A DNA stretch of 64,000 bases. Source: Bugula neritina (taxonomy: Eukaryota > Animalia > Bryozoa). Of this stretch, positions 53,801-64,000 are shown piece after piece. Under the pieces are notes generated by a model. That model had not been told where the DNA came from. It worked only from the letters and a program-made list of their open reading frames with translations, and did no database searches. Position 1 is the first letter of the stretch; every line of letters begins with the position of its first letter. The stretch lies in assembly GCA_964035545.1 (NCBI GenBank), contig OZ037768.1, positions 13,091,675 through 13,155,674 of the forward strand, in the 5' to 3' direction. The position numbers were made by a program, and so were the translations under genes.

Positions 53801-54515
53801 TTGACATTGTTGCTTCTTATGGCTCATTTAAAGACATAGCTGTCTACCAATCATTAAATTTAGAACCAAAAAAGATCTATGTTATTGGAAAAGTGCCAAA
53901 GAAAGCCTATTGCATGGCACAGGTATTTATTTCATAGCTACTATTTATTCTTTTTATTATAGAAATAGAAGGGAAATGTGAAGTCATGCTTGCAGTTTTT
54001 TCCTTGTTTGTGCTATTTTTAAACATAATATTATCTGGAATTTTTTATTTATAGGTATAATTTTCAACAGTATACTATTAGTATACATGTTTACATGTAT
54101 ATTTTTACACCTTAGTGACAGTTTATACAACAGCTCGCAGTGCGCTGCACTATATTCATGGTATTTTACTCTAAACTCGTAGGTGTTGGATGAAGGATAT
54201 GCTGCACACCTCAAGAAGCTTCATCTCACCACCCAGATCTCTCCATCAGCTGCCAACACCAGATTCTTTGTTCCCAAATCATCATTCATATTGCCTGGCC
54301 AAAAAAACAAGAAACCTACATCTAAAAATCTCCGTAGCACTTTGTCAGTAGGGGCCGTAGAAACAATCCCCACTATTACCATAAATAAGAGTGGAAACAC
54401 AACTATAGACGCGGGCGCTGAAGGGGGACGTGGTAACTTCAGTAAAGTTAGAGGTCGTAGTCCACGGTTGGTAAGCTTACGCAGGATCCCCGACGATTCT
54501 CCACCGGTGGGCTAA
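35810..54515 (+). CDS. rdgB: retinal degeneration B / membrane-associated phosphatidylinositol transfer protein (PITPNM/Nir), ~24 coding exons, ~1249 aa
   Basis: Phase-consistent GT-AG exon chain totalling 3750 nt: PITP domain (MHVKEYRIPLPLTVEEYRIAQLY..., WQDEW), FFAT (EEYFDAQ), DDHD, LNS2 (FSIDGSF). Confidence 0.96.
36642..36774 (+). CDS. rdgB: rdgB exon, PITP
   Basis: KKSREESSGAGSGVEIIKNEPY...GSHLP. Confidence 0.95.
38150..38335. mobile_element. degenerate palindromic MITE-like hairpin (intronic)
   Basis: GTAATAATAAATCCAAGTTTCTACTGATTTATTGCATT... mirrored by ...AATGTAATAAATCAGTACAAATTGGAGTTATTATTAC. Confidence 0.6.
38776..38979 (+). CDS. rdgB: rdgB exon, PITP
   Basis: WFRAILPKSALRVEEEAWNAYPY... 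Confidence 0.95.
39899..40135 (+). CDS. rdgB: rdgB exon, PITP
   Basis: LLDFVKD...MCAYKLCYVEFRYWGMQSKIEKFIHD. Confidence 0.95.
40250..40470 (+). mobile_element. tRNA-derived SINE
   Basis: A box TGGTGTAGGGG, B box GGTTTGAACC; homologous over its full length to 62308-62523. Confidence 0.8.
41672..41844 (+). CDS. rdgB: rdgB exon, end of PITP
   Basis: LRKTMVRAHRQAWAWQDEW... Confidence 0.95.
42132..42261 (+). CDS. rdgB: rdgB exon, low-complexity linker
   Basis: AG/GT bounded, phase consistent. Confidence 0.75.
42280..42490. repeat. 30-bp tandem repeat
   Basis: CACATTCTATTTCTACTCTCTCATTACTAT, about 6 copies. Confidence 0.9.
42660..42752 (+). CDS. rdgB: rdgB exon with FFAT motif
   Basis: EDSDDEEYFDAQ. 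Confidence 0.9.
43259..43387 (+). CDS. rdgB: rdgB exon, linker
   Basis: AG/GT bounded, phase consistent. Confidence 0.75.
44167..44286 (+). CDS. rdgB: rdgB exon
   Basis: ...CDISVLFLVLHG. Confidence 0.88.
44472..44646 (+). CDS. rdgB: rdgB exon
   Basis: GNALL...SDLSTWKATFDKVVSRHYP...LVACP. Confidence 0.92.
45320..45515 (+). CDS. rdgB: rdgB exon
   Basis: FPISAVPLLA...FLLSDEGNGFSGQ. Confidence 0.92.
45946..46105 (+). CDS. rdgB: rdgB exon
   Basis: VVLVGDCMGSVLAFDILC. Confidence 0.92.
46329..46352 (+). CDS. rdgB: candidate 24-nt rdgB micro-exon
   Basis: TTTTATTTCAG|CTTCTGCTCATTCGGTCTCAAAGC|GTATGT; symmetric phase 1. Confidence 0.5.
46805..47345 (-). mobile_element. possible Crypton-like (tyrosine recombinase) remnant in intron
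   Basis: VKRKTGELYD resembles the RKxxGExY motif of Crypton/KCTD1-type core-binding domains; weak. Confidence 0.25.
47517..47567 (+). CDS. rdgB: candidate 51-nt rdgB exon
   Basis: TTTTTCTTAG|GC...CCAG|GTATT; symmetric phase 1, open. Confidence 0.45.
48368..48562 (+). CDS. rdgB: rdgB exon, start of DDHD
   Basis: FEFEVSDFFMLGSPLALVLAQR. Confidence 0.9.
48892..49062 (+). CDS. rdgB: rdgB exon, DDHD
   Basis: RPNCCQVYNLFHATDPCAGRLE...YPLGDG. Confidence 0.95.
49337..49486 (+). CDS. rdgB: rdgB exon, DDHD insert
   Basis: AG/GT bounded, phase consistent. Confidence 0.8.
49504..50345 (+). mobile_element. internally deleted, decayed mariner transposon
   Basis: N-terminal HTH remnant RGVVVEFLLEEGEIAANFCWRLGNVCGE, C-terminal IENKGDYVK, degenerate TIR CATTACTCTTTGACCGACTCTAG. 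Confidence 0.65.
51733..51835 (-). mobile_element. fragment of the GTAATT-repeat hAT-like family
   Basis: GGATTGGGGTCAATTACATATGAAT is the inverse of the end at 24070-24097. Confidence 0.55.
51867..52015 (+). CDS. rdgB: rdgB exon, end of DDHD
   Basis: KWWGNKRLDYTMYCPEAL...HVFHANFWES. Confidence 0.95.
52258..52377 (+). CDS. rdgB: rdgB exon
   Basis: FKPQQPREKWINKRTAIK. Confidence 0.92.
52530..52795 (+). CDS. rdgB: rdgB exon
   Basis: NIAPNHRGND...ARFMYG...PVKMVV. Confidence 0.95.
52969..53118 (+). CDS. rdgB: rdgB exon, LNS2
   Basis: GDHT...LFSIDGSFAASVSLMGKDPKVRPGAVDVV. Confidence 0.95.
53433..53616 (+). CDS. rdgB: rdgB exon, LNS2
   Basis: YWQDLGYCILYISGRPDMQ...HNFPHG. Confidence 0.95.
53794..53922 (+). 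CDS. rdgB: rdgB exon, LNS2
   Basis: IVASYGSFKDIAVYQSL...IYVIGK. Confidence 0.93.
54183..54515 (+). CDS. rdgB: rdgB terminal exon
   Basis: VLDEGYAAHL...stop. Confidence 0.92.
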   Translation: MLDEGYAAHLKKLHLTTQISPSAANTRFFVPKSSFILPGQKNKKPTSKNLRSTLSVGAVETIPTITINKSGNTTIDAGAEGGRGNFSKVRGRSPRLVSLRRIPDDSPPVG

Positions 54516-56713
54516 GGCTGTTCCAAGATATTATTTGTATTGCCAATGGTTACTAAAGAAAGTATATCCAGACAATGTTAGTGCATCATAGTATATACAT
54601 TGTTCTTGTTTTCTCTACATCTTGTGGTGTTGAAAAAATTCAATTACCTTTTGCTCAACTTTGTGTTAGTTTGATTTATATTATGAAGTTGCAGTTTTGT
54701 GTTTTAATGCATGTAGTTGATTGTCCATTCCACATTATATCATGATAATTATACACTATTTACTAGAACATTAATTTTCACATATACTTAGAGTCTTTGG
54801 CTGTAAAAAAGGTATCGGTCTAACAGAAACAACTTATATTTTCTATAGTGTTTTAGTTACCAGTGTTTTTGTGCATTATCCTTGTAACATAAATAAGTGT
54901 AAACTATCTTTTTTAGATTTTGTGTTTTTGCAGTAGGATTTGTATAGTTCTAACATATATTTTTATCTTACTTATATGCATCATATAATTTTATGCTGAT
55001 TTTTCAGCTCTAAAATTTTGTTAAGTAAAACACAACATGTAAGTAGGTTTTCTCTCTGTTATATTTATTTTCTATATATGCAGCTGTAATGACTTTTTGT
55101 TGTAGACATGCATAATATGCATTTGATTTAATAATTAAAGTAGAGCTCAGTTTAACTTCAATTTCGTTTTGTGCTATTTTTTATTTTTGAATATAGAATT
55201 TGTATTTATATAACAGCCAGCAATATATCTGTTCGACTAACCTTTTTGTTTGTTTGAAGGGAGCCACACATGAAACATACATTCCTGCAAGTTTTTAATC
55301 AACCCTGATAGTTAGGATAAAGGCAAAATTTGATATACATTAAAGCAGCCCAAAACCTGTGCTTTCAAAAAGCTATGGTTCCTTAATGCTATGACAACTC
55401 GAAATACATGGTTTAGCTTACTTCAACTTCAAGTTCCGTAGCTAGTGGGGGTTGTAGGGTTGACGCCACAGAAAATTTCACACTCTCTCTATTTCTTCAT
55501 TCGTTACCTAATCTTTCATTCTTGTAATCTTTGAAGGTCAGCTGTGTGCGTCCATGATAGTTGATCCTTGGTTTACCGATAATTTTCTTTCCAAATAATT
55601 TATGGTTTTGTGAGCAATGATTTTATATAGCTGTTTTTCGAAACAAAGTGGTCTAACTAGGATTCAGCTATTATAATTATATTGTCCTCACAAGGTTATA
55701 AATATTGGAAAACTTGCAACAAAGTACTTTGGTAAATCTCTCATTTCTTGAGAAAATTTCATAGTGGTTGCTTCTGGACTGTTCTCTTTCTACCTTAAAG
55801 CAGTACATGTATAAAAGTCTTAGTAATAATCAAGGTATATCAGACGACCAGCTCTGGTATACCACTGTTGACATCTTGATTTTCTATAGTCATGCAAAAC
55901 TTAACTGTTGATTACTTGAGTGTTTAGAAAAGAATTAATACATATTATTTAGGCATAGCTGCGACTTATCTGCCTGCTAATACCAGTTAACTACAAAATG
56001 ATAGATTCTTATATCAATGCGAAATAGACACTTATTATCAGTAAGGAATTGTGTCATAGCCTCATGGTCATGCATCGCTGGAGGATCATAATTTTTCAAG
56101 CATGACTAACATTATTGTTTACCATTTTAAGTGTTTAGTAAGAGCTGTTGGTGATCACGAGTTGCATGTTGTACGAAAGTTGAACCTCATCAGCCTTCCT
56201 AAATTCTGGTAAGATTATGCTATTGATAGAGATGACCCAGTATACTAGTTGTAGCAATTGGCTTGTAGCATCGTTTACACTATAAATTAATATTGCTGTT
56301 ATGATAGCATACTATTGTAAATAAGCTAATAAAGTTCTATTTAGTCAACACAAACTGAGAGAATAAACTTATACCATCTAGTATGTGCAGTTGTCGCATT
56401 GGCATAATTCTTATATTGAATTTACTTTATTAATTTGGATTTGGACTAGGCCTTCAAATTTCGCAAGTCCTTAATGAGCGTAATTAGATATTAGGTAACT
56501 TCTCAAGCACTTGCAACTTGGGTGTACATACAAGGAAGGGTACATGTTTACAAATATGAAATGAACTACTGAGTAGTTACTACTCTAATCTAGCTTCATC
56601 TAATAAAAAAGAGGTATTAATCATAGAAATATGCCTATATCCTATGTTAGTAAAACTATTCCGAAAACTGTCATGGATCCATCATTTTAATAACATATTT
56701 TTAGAGCAGAGAG

Positions 56714-56852
56714 ATGAAAAAGCAGGCTGAGCAACACTTCTTGTTATATGTGATAGTACTATCAGCGACCAGTTGCTCTACACAGACACTCCTTCCATCT
56801 GCTACTGACCAGTGCAGTCTTCTAGTTGATAGTCTTACAAATGAGGAGTTTG
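56714..56852 (+). CDS. Ig-TIR receptor exon, signal peptide
   Basis: MKKQAEQHFLLYVIVLSATSCSTQ...|GTAAGT. Confidence 0.7.
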
Positions 56853-59800
56853 GTAAGTAATGGAAAGCTAGTAGTACATGTTATAAAGGTACGAGGAGTA
56901 ATAACAGCCATAAAGAGATGGCGGGCTATATTATAGAGCAAATAATATGGCGATACCTAATAGGAATATGAGAATAAAAGATGAACTTAAAGCAATGTAT
57001 GTAATGTATATGTTGTAAAGGTACGAAAAGCACTAATAGCCATCACGAATACTACACTAAATAATGAACTTAGCAAAAAGGTTAAGTCAAGTTAATAAGA
57101 AACAAGAAAGTTAATAATAATGAATGATGACAGCAAGCTATGAGTGTATGAAAGTCTTTGGCGAGCAATAATTAGATACCTAATTGTGAGCATATGAGAT
57201 AAGATGAGTGAATTTTTGTCCACATGGCTTTATATTTAGTTTTGGTTTATATGAATAGCTACACTTGCAAGAGCTGCAATGGTTACATGTATGAATATAT
57301 CGTACTAATATGATAACAATGCTAGGGTAAAAACAATTAGAATTTCCTACAAGAATCTTTTACAAACTCAACTGTTTATTATAGACTATATCTACAGAGA
57401 TGGTGCTGTTGTTTCACTAGAACCAGCATCTCGTATATCATTAGACTGTGTACCAGAGATTAAGAATATCACCTCTGAAACAAGCTGTGTATGGATGGAA
57501 AATGGAGGTAAGTTGTCACTCAGGTGCATTTAACAAAATTTTGTTAGGTTTATGCCTTGTAGTTTGTAGTTTGTAGTTTGTTATAGTAGAACTGAAAGCT
57601 AGCTGTCAGAATTTGAGTAATTACGCTTATGCATGTTGTCATCTGAAAGCTTTCGTTGCTAGGGGAAGAACCTCTCAAACCCTGTATGTTATAGTGAAAG
57701 TTTAGCTTGAGAAATTATTTGCAGAACTTAGGCTATTGAAAATTCTTTATGGTTGCAGCCTGATTAAAAACTATAAGAGCATAATTTGTAAATTAGTGAA
57801 TTTTCAACGTATTACATGTATAATAATATGTTCTCGGAGCAACTTATATAAGCGATCTAATGTAGAAAATGTAGTGTAGTGTAGTATAGTGTAGTGTAGT
57901 GTAGTGTAGTGTAGTGTAGTGTAGTGTAGTGTAGTGTAGTGTAGTGTAGTGTAGTGTAGTGTAGTGTAGTGTAGTGTAGTGTAGTGTAGTGTAGTGTAGT
58001 GTAGTGTAGTGTAGTGTAGTGTAGTGTAGTGTAGTGTAGTGTAGTGTAGTGTAGTGTAGTGTAGTGTAGTGTAGTGTAGTGTAGTGTAGTGTAGTGTAGT
58101 GTAGTGTAGTGTAGTGTAGTGTAGTGTAGTGTAGTGTAGTGTAGTGTAGTGTAGTGTAGTGTAGTGTAGTGTAGTGTAGTGTAGTGTAGTGTAGTGTAGT
58201 GTAGTGTAGTGTAGTGTAGTGTAGTGTAGTGTAGTGTAGTGTAGTGTAGTGTAGTGTAGTGTAGTGTAGTGTAGTGTAGTGTAGTGTAGTGTAGTGTAGT
58301 GTAGTGTAGTGTAGTGTAGTGTAGTGTAGTGTAGTGTAGTGTAGTGTAGTGTAGTGTAGTGTAGTGTAGTGTAGTGTAGTGTAGTGTAGTGTAGTGTAGT
58401 GTAGTGTAGTGTAGTGTAGTGTAGTGTAGAAAAATATAAATCAAAAAGACCAGAAATTAAATTCAAGTATTTTGGTTTTTGCGAAATATGTTGCTAGCTT
58501 TTATTTAGATTTTCACTATTATATATTATATTTTGATGTCGGTTTGTTTACCTGGTTAACAAATTATTAGTCATGATTCATGAACAATTTTTAGTATAGC
58601 ACAGTATAATGCATTATTATGCTGTAAAACTGCGTATTGTATTATAGTACACATTTGCTTAAATCGTTCTGCAGACACATTTACTTCAAGTGTATAATGT
58701 GCATTTGAATACTTTTAGAGAAATTTTATCGTCACCATGTGCATACATTCAGAGGTGGGTTGTGTTGGCTTTCAGCTGAAATCTCTGCTTTAACTCCGGT
58801 GAGCTCGGTCAGCAGTGGCTACACAAACTTTACTTGCTTATCAACCAATAGCAGGACAGGACGTGAAGCTTCTATGACCTACATTGTGCATTATCTACGT
58901 ACGTATTACTTCTCTTATATACAAGATATTGAAAATTGGGCCATTAGTTTTAATACTGAAAATTTGTTGTTTTTTAAATTGTTTTAAAGCATCTACTCGA
59001 AATTTTAGCAAACTTTTGATCTACTAACCCTGGTGAGAACTGTAGTATTGGAATTACCCAGAAGCCCCTATGGTGTAATGGTTAAGGCGCCGGCTTGCAA
59101 GGTGAAGGTCTGTAGTTCAAACCCCAGTCGGGGCAAATATTTTGCAAGAACCTCTAAGTTTGTTGAATAAATTATTTTTCAGCTACTTTGGCAGTGTCTG
59201 GGTATAAACCGAGTCTATATTCAAAAATGAAGGTTCATCGGGCAAGTGTTGGGGATACAATGAATGTAACATGTGAAGCATACTTGGAGAGTCCAACGTC
59301 AGCTTTGTTTCAACTAAACTGGTATTTGGTAAACCAGAAAAGAGAAAGACAGAGTGTTACGAAGTTGTACAATCATAACCTAACTACCTGCAGCCACAAG
59401 AGGTAACCAAATTAACTAGGCAATCAAAAGGCACCTTATATCTAAAAACATTGAAGTCAATTTGCACGCATAAATTGTGTATTATATGAAAATACTTCCT
59501 CCATCAATATTGCATGTTATTTGGTTTTAATTCTACAAAAAAATCTGACATGTTCTAGATTCTAGAATGTAATTATGTAGGATCATGAAGGCTTATGTAG
59601 TTCCCTAAACCTAGTCTCAAAAGTTTGAGCTGTTTCCTTAAACGACAATATGGGTTAGGACACTGTTGCAGCTGATTTTCAATAAACTTTTAACATATTT
59701 ATTTTTCTTGTTAGGTGTATTAGTTTTACTATAGCAAATAAAATACACTATCTCTGTATGCAACGTTTTTTCTAACTCTAGGACCAATATGAAACCATGT

Positions 59801-62123
59801 GGTGTCATGCTTATTCACAAAATTTGAAAGTTTAATAAAAGTTCTCAATTAATCACTACTTTCTTCAATAACTAGAGTTTTAGAATTTAATAATATTTTT
59901 GTGATCCCTTAAGTTTTTTCTACGACTTTTGCTATTTCCATCTTTACTAGGAGCTTGTAATGGACATAATGTTTAATTCAGGCCTTTGGGTTTATTGCAA
60001 TTGTTTCCCTTCTGATAGCACTTGTGCGACTAGCCCAATTGTATAAATTATTACTAAACAATTTGATGATTGAAACAGAATGTCTTATAAAATTCAAATG
60101 AAAACCTATTGTAACATTTCATATGTACAGATACATTATGATACACAGACTACATATATATCAAACTTCATTCAACCATATGTAACTAACTCATTAAGGC
60201 TAAATTATTTACAGGGATGAGAAGACCATTGAACTGAATATGATAATATATAATATCACTGAAGACATGTTTGGAAGGCAATATGAGTGTGTAATAAGCA
60301 AAGTGGATGTCAAGTCTGCATTTAATCGCACCATAAGCAGTCATAGATATCAGTTTCATTCAATTGACTTGCCTAACAATGGAACTTTACAACATGTTCA
60401 ACTCAAGCCTAAGGTTTCAACAGTTGAGAATCTGTCATTCTATGACAATTCTTTACCAAATGTCTGCACACAAGTATCACCATGTGCTGTGACTTTTAGG
60501 TTCAATTTACTTGGGCCAAATGGTAAGTCAAAGGTCTGTGAACTTATTTTTTATCTTGGAATTCTCCTCTATTTTATAGCACATCAAAATTGTATTTTAT
60601 TCCTATAACTATAACCTATAACTAATTACATTTGTATCAGCCAAGCACATTATAATTTTGTAAATTTAAGATTACATTTTATGTGTCACCTAACTGAAGT
60701 TGTACATCGACTACTGTATTATAAGCGAGTATATGACATGTCAGATTAAAATGTCACCGTATGCTATGATGATTTATTGTAGAGGAAATACTGTATTTAG
60801 AGATGCATGTAGCACTGGGTATTGTTGGAGGCACAACAATTATTGCAGCGGTACTGTTGGTGTATATCTACATTAGAGGAATTTTTCTCCGAAATCAGCT
60901 CAAACATTTTTGGGGAATAACTAGTGATTGGTAAGAAGTTGCAAAAATTACTCATCTCATAACCATTCTATACAAATCAATTTCATTTTATGATGAATTA
61001 AAGATAGTTTTAATATATTGGGCAGATTGAATAATGTATCACTTTAGCATAATACAGTGCTCTCTCCATGTAATATCACCAATGCATTTCTTACGAAACG
61101 CCATAGGTCACAAAAAGGGCTTGGACCCAATTTTGTGGCTTATGTATGTATATAGGGACAAAATGGCCAAATTTTACAAATCCGGGAGTTAAATCTGGTA
61201 ATCTAATGTCATGAATTAAAGTTTCAAGATCCACAAATCAGTGAGATATAGAGGGAACACTGTATTTTCATATTTGATATGTTAACATGACTCAGTGTAT
61301 ATACTTCAACATCATGTGGTGGTCAGGCCATTTCAACTGGATTGCAGCTCAACCAACCGTAACGGTTATATAAATTTGTATATAAAGAAAATTTGTCAGC
61401 CATTTAATAATATATTCACCATATGTGTTCTCATGCAGCGAGAACATGCAAGATTTTCAGTACCACGCTGTGGTATTTTACTCTGAGAACAATGAGGAAG
61501 AGGAACTTTTTGTCCAGGGAGACCTTCTACCTCGACTCGAGAACAGGTGGAAATATAAGATATGCATACCACAGAGAGACTTCCTTATTGGCGCCAGTGA
61601 GTATAGTGGATATGAACCATGGGACTGTATAGTTATTGCATTTATACGATTTTTCAATTCGGAGTAGATTTTAATAGTTTCAGCATTTAATACAGCTTTA
61701 GCTGTTGAACAATGAAACAAGAAAAGTGGGAGAGAGTAAGACAATTGCTGAAAGCTGTAAATTTAAAACTATAAAATGCTAGTGATTTACGATGATTAGT
61801 AATATGCAGGTATTAATTCGTTAAATAAATTAAAGTTTTCAAAAGAAATGACAGCATATGAGAACTTTTTTTATTTTTGCACTTATGTATGCTAACCTTA
61901 TTCACGTGATTATATTTTTTTTCATTTTTCTCTAATTGTGCTTCTACAGACAAAGCAGAGGAGTGCATAGATGGTGTGAATTGCAGTCAGAAAGTCATCT
62001 TTGTACTCACCACAGCCATGTTATCACAAGAATGGAATATATATTCATTGGATGTGGCCTTGAAAGAGCACAGGAAAATTATTATATTAAAGCGTGACAA
62101 CATAGACTTTCAAGCATTACTAG
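56714..62123 (+). CDS. Ig-domain, single-pass, TIR-domain receptor (IL-1R-like architecture); 3' end unresolved
   Basis: Phase-consistent exons give a signal peptide, two Ig-like domains, TM VALGIVGGTTIIAAVLLVYIYI, and TIR box1 YHAVVFYS, box2 YKICIPQRDFLIG, SQKVIFVLT. Confidence 0.82.
57385..57507 (+). CDS. Ig-TIR receptor exon, Ig1 first half
   Basis: ISLDCVP...CVWMENG. Confidence 0.75.
57871..58429. repeat. (GTAGT)n pentanucleotide array, ~112 units
   Basis: Nearly perfect array. Confidence 0.98.
58719..58898 (+). CDS. Ig-TIR receptor exon, Ig1 second half
   Basis: NFTCLSTN. Confidence 0.75.
59064..59135 (+). pseudogene. tRNA-like sequence (GCA at anticodon position); pseudo-tRNA or SINE head
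   Basis: 72 nt, GCCCC/GGGGCA acceptor stem, A and B boxes, but anticodon and T stems mispair. Confidence 0.55.
59183..59402 (+). CDS. Ig-TIR receptor exon, Ig2 first half
   Basis: ASVGDTMNVTCEA...LNWY. Confidence 0.8.
60215..60522 (+). CDS. Ig-TIR receptor exon, Ig2 second half and stalk
   Basis: MIIYNITEDMFGRQYECVI. Confidence 0.8.
60783..60930 (+). CDS. Ig-TIR receptor exon, transmembrane
   Basis: VALGIVGGTTIIAAVLLVYIYIR. Confidence 0.8.
61055..61262. mobile_element. Tc1/mariner-pogo type MITE
   Basis: TA|CAGTGCTCTCTC...GAGGGAACACTG|TA. Confidence 0.6.
61439..61596 (+). CDS. Ig-TIR receptor exon, TIR box1-box2
   Basis: FQYHAVVFYS...LLPRLENRWKYKICIPQRDFLIG. Confidence 0.88.
61950..62123 (+). 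CDS. Ig-TIR receptor exon, TIR core
   Basis: CIDGVNCSQKVIFVLTTAMLSQEWNIYSLDVAL..KIIIL. Confidence 0.85.
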
Positions 62124-62307
62124 GTTTGTATTTAAATAAACTGTTGCTATGCTTGTAGGGCAATTGGAGTATATTAGTAGCCTACTAGAATTTTAATAAT
62201 TCACCATCAACTTTGTTAAAGTAAATTTAAATCGCAAGCTGAACATTAGAAAATATTAGATGGAAGTGTATTTTGTAGCTTAAGAAAACTTGATCGTTCC
62301 CCAATAA

Positions 62308-62523
62308 ACTCACGCAAGTTTATAGTCACCATCTCTGTGAGAAACCCCTGATAAAAAGGGTTTTTGTTGAAGTGGGCTTAGGACTTACTTAAATGAGGCA
62401 CAGGAGCAATTATGACTGAATACTCTTCCTAACATCACTAATATGGCCTTTGTCCGGGCTCGAACCCATGACTTTCGTGTATACCAGACAAACGCTCTAA
62501 CCCCTAGACCACAGCTGCTCCCC
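62308..62523 (-). mobile_element. tRNA-derived SINE (second copy) with long TSD
   Basis: Homologous to 40250-40470; flanked by TTGA(T/G)CGTTCCCCAATAA direct repeats. Confidence 0.85.
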
Positions 62524-62754
62524 TTGAGCGTTCCCCAATAACCCCTCCAAAATAATGCATTTTCCATGTTAGTAATTTTTTAGCTTCAGAGGTTGAGATC
62601 AAAAGCCTGCCGATAAAGTGCCAAAAGTAATAACATGGTGACTAGACATATAAGGACTTGGCTGTACAATCTTATATTGAATAGCTTTTAAAATTCCTTG
62701 ATTTGAAATAACTTCAGCTTTGAACGAATTTAAGGCTTTTAAAATATACACTAA

Positions 62755-62880
62755 TACTGTGTACTGTGATATACTATGTACTGCGATGTACTGTGATATA
62801 CTTGTACTGTGATATACTTGCACTGTGATATACTGTGTACTGTGATATACTGTGTACTGTGATATACTTGTACTGTGATA
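62755..62880. repeat. TACTGTGA(TA)-type degenerate tandem repeat
   Basis: Direct inspection. Confidence 0.8.
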
Positions 62881-64000
62881 TAGGGGTAACGGGGGCACAA
62901 CAGTCATAGGGGTACAAAAAGCCGGCCAAATTGTGAGAGAACTTATTGACTTAGAGTTGCAATTTTTTTTATATAAAAAGATATTGACATAATTATTCAG
63001 CCTTTGTAGTTTCAACACTTGCGGAATATACGTGTTGAAAAGGCGAGTGAAAAAGTGTTTTTACCTACTTTTTGTAAAATTTTTGAGACATCGTTAAAGC
63101 TTTATAACTTTTTACACTCAAAGGCAACAAGCCTAGATTTTACTGATATTGTTGCCATTGCTTGTCTCTACAATGCTTAACTAGTATAACAGCAAACTCT
63201 AAAATTAATTTTCCTTGAGGCACGTTTATGTCAAATTTGGCCATCCGGGGCACAATGGGCCACCTTGACCGGGGCACAATGGGCCACCTGATTATTGTAC
63301 CCTGATCACTGTTATTAGTTTGTTTGCCCAAAAAGTTGGTTGAAATGTTACTAAAATCTATAGATATAGCCATTTCTGACCTTTTTGTAAAATATCAAAG
63401 ACATCATGGTAAGACTACCAAACTACAAGGTGAAGCTCCCCTAATATATATATCTGGTGAGGTTAAAGCTTTGCTATTTTATACATAATACAAAACACTC
63501 TGCTGTTGCTACTAGTAGATAGTCATGATATTCATTATACATTATATCATTGAGGGAATATACATGTATTTGACTAAAATAAATTGTGATTTGCTCATTC
63601 GCTCCCCCCCTCTCCCTTCCATACTCCAGCCACAAACCGAAGCCATGCACCTTATAAGTTACAGTTCATAGAAAAAAGTCCACTCAGAATTTTGTAGTAC
63701 AAGTTGCTAAAGTGTTTTTCTAATAAAAGTTTCTCTGAAGTGTATAAAAAACATTTTTAGTTCTAAACAGTAATGATAATGGCACCGTAGAACCGAGTGA
63801 TGTGCGTTTGATTTTGCCTTCCTCTGCTATCCGTGGTGGCACAAACTGTACAGCTAAAACATGAATTTTGCTTTAGATCTGAAAGAATATTTTTATTTGT
63901 TTGTAATATTAAATAAATAAAGATCAGATGCAACAAAATCTGCAAAATTTCAATATATTTGTTGTGTCCCACCCAGTGGCCCATTGTACCCCGGTACCGG
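62881..64000. mobile_element. putative non-autonomous DNA element(s) with CCGGGGCACAATGGGCCAC motifs
   Basis: Motif tandemly at 63245-63287, inverted at ~63977-63996, related start TAGGGGTAACGGGGGCACAA at 62881. Confidence 0.4.

Noticed and set aside
57804-58466. 220-aa and 195-aa LHYTT-repeat ORFs
   Set aside because: Translation of the (GTAGT)n microsatellite
59064-59135. Functional tRNA-Cys gene
   Set aside because: Anticodon and T stems mispair; kept only as a tRNA-like pseudogene or SINE head

Overview
AT-rich animal (probably invertebrate) nuclear DNA with GT-AG introns. All coordinates were read by eye. Left half (about 1-32 kb) is a nested transposon landscape containing one orphan 281-aa multi-pass membrane ORF (- strand). 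It holds three co-oriented, full-length, young LTR retrotransposons: a Ty1/copia (13231-17866), a Mag-type Ty3/gypsy (18280-23020) and a Gmr1-like gypsy with the unusual PR-IN-RT-RH order (24660-30295). Each has near-identical LTRs, a 5-bp TSD and one ORF-breaking lesion. The Gmr1-like element sits inside the GIY-YIG endonuclease of a Penelope-like element (PLE). That PLE is one of four PLE fragments stacked between (TA)n tracts. They carry minimal type-I hammerhead ribozymes, including a perfect 210-bp palindrome with a hammerhead on each strand. Also present are a hAT/Buster transposase remnant with an internal inversion, several MITEs, LINE fragments and tRNA-derived SINEs. The right half holds a roughly 24-exon rdgB/PITPNM gene (35810-54515, about 1249 aa: PITP, FFAT, DDHD, LNS2) and an Ig-domain/TM/TIR (IL-1R-like) receptor gene from 56714, whose 3' end is unresolved.
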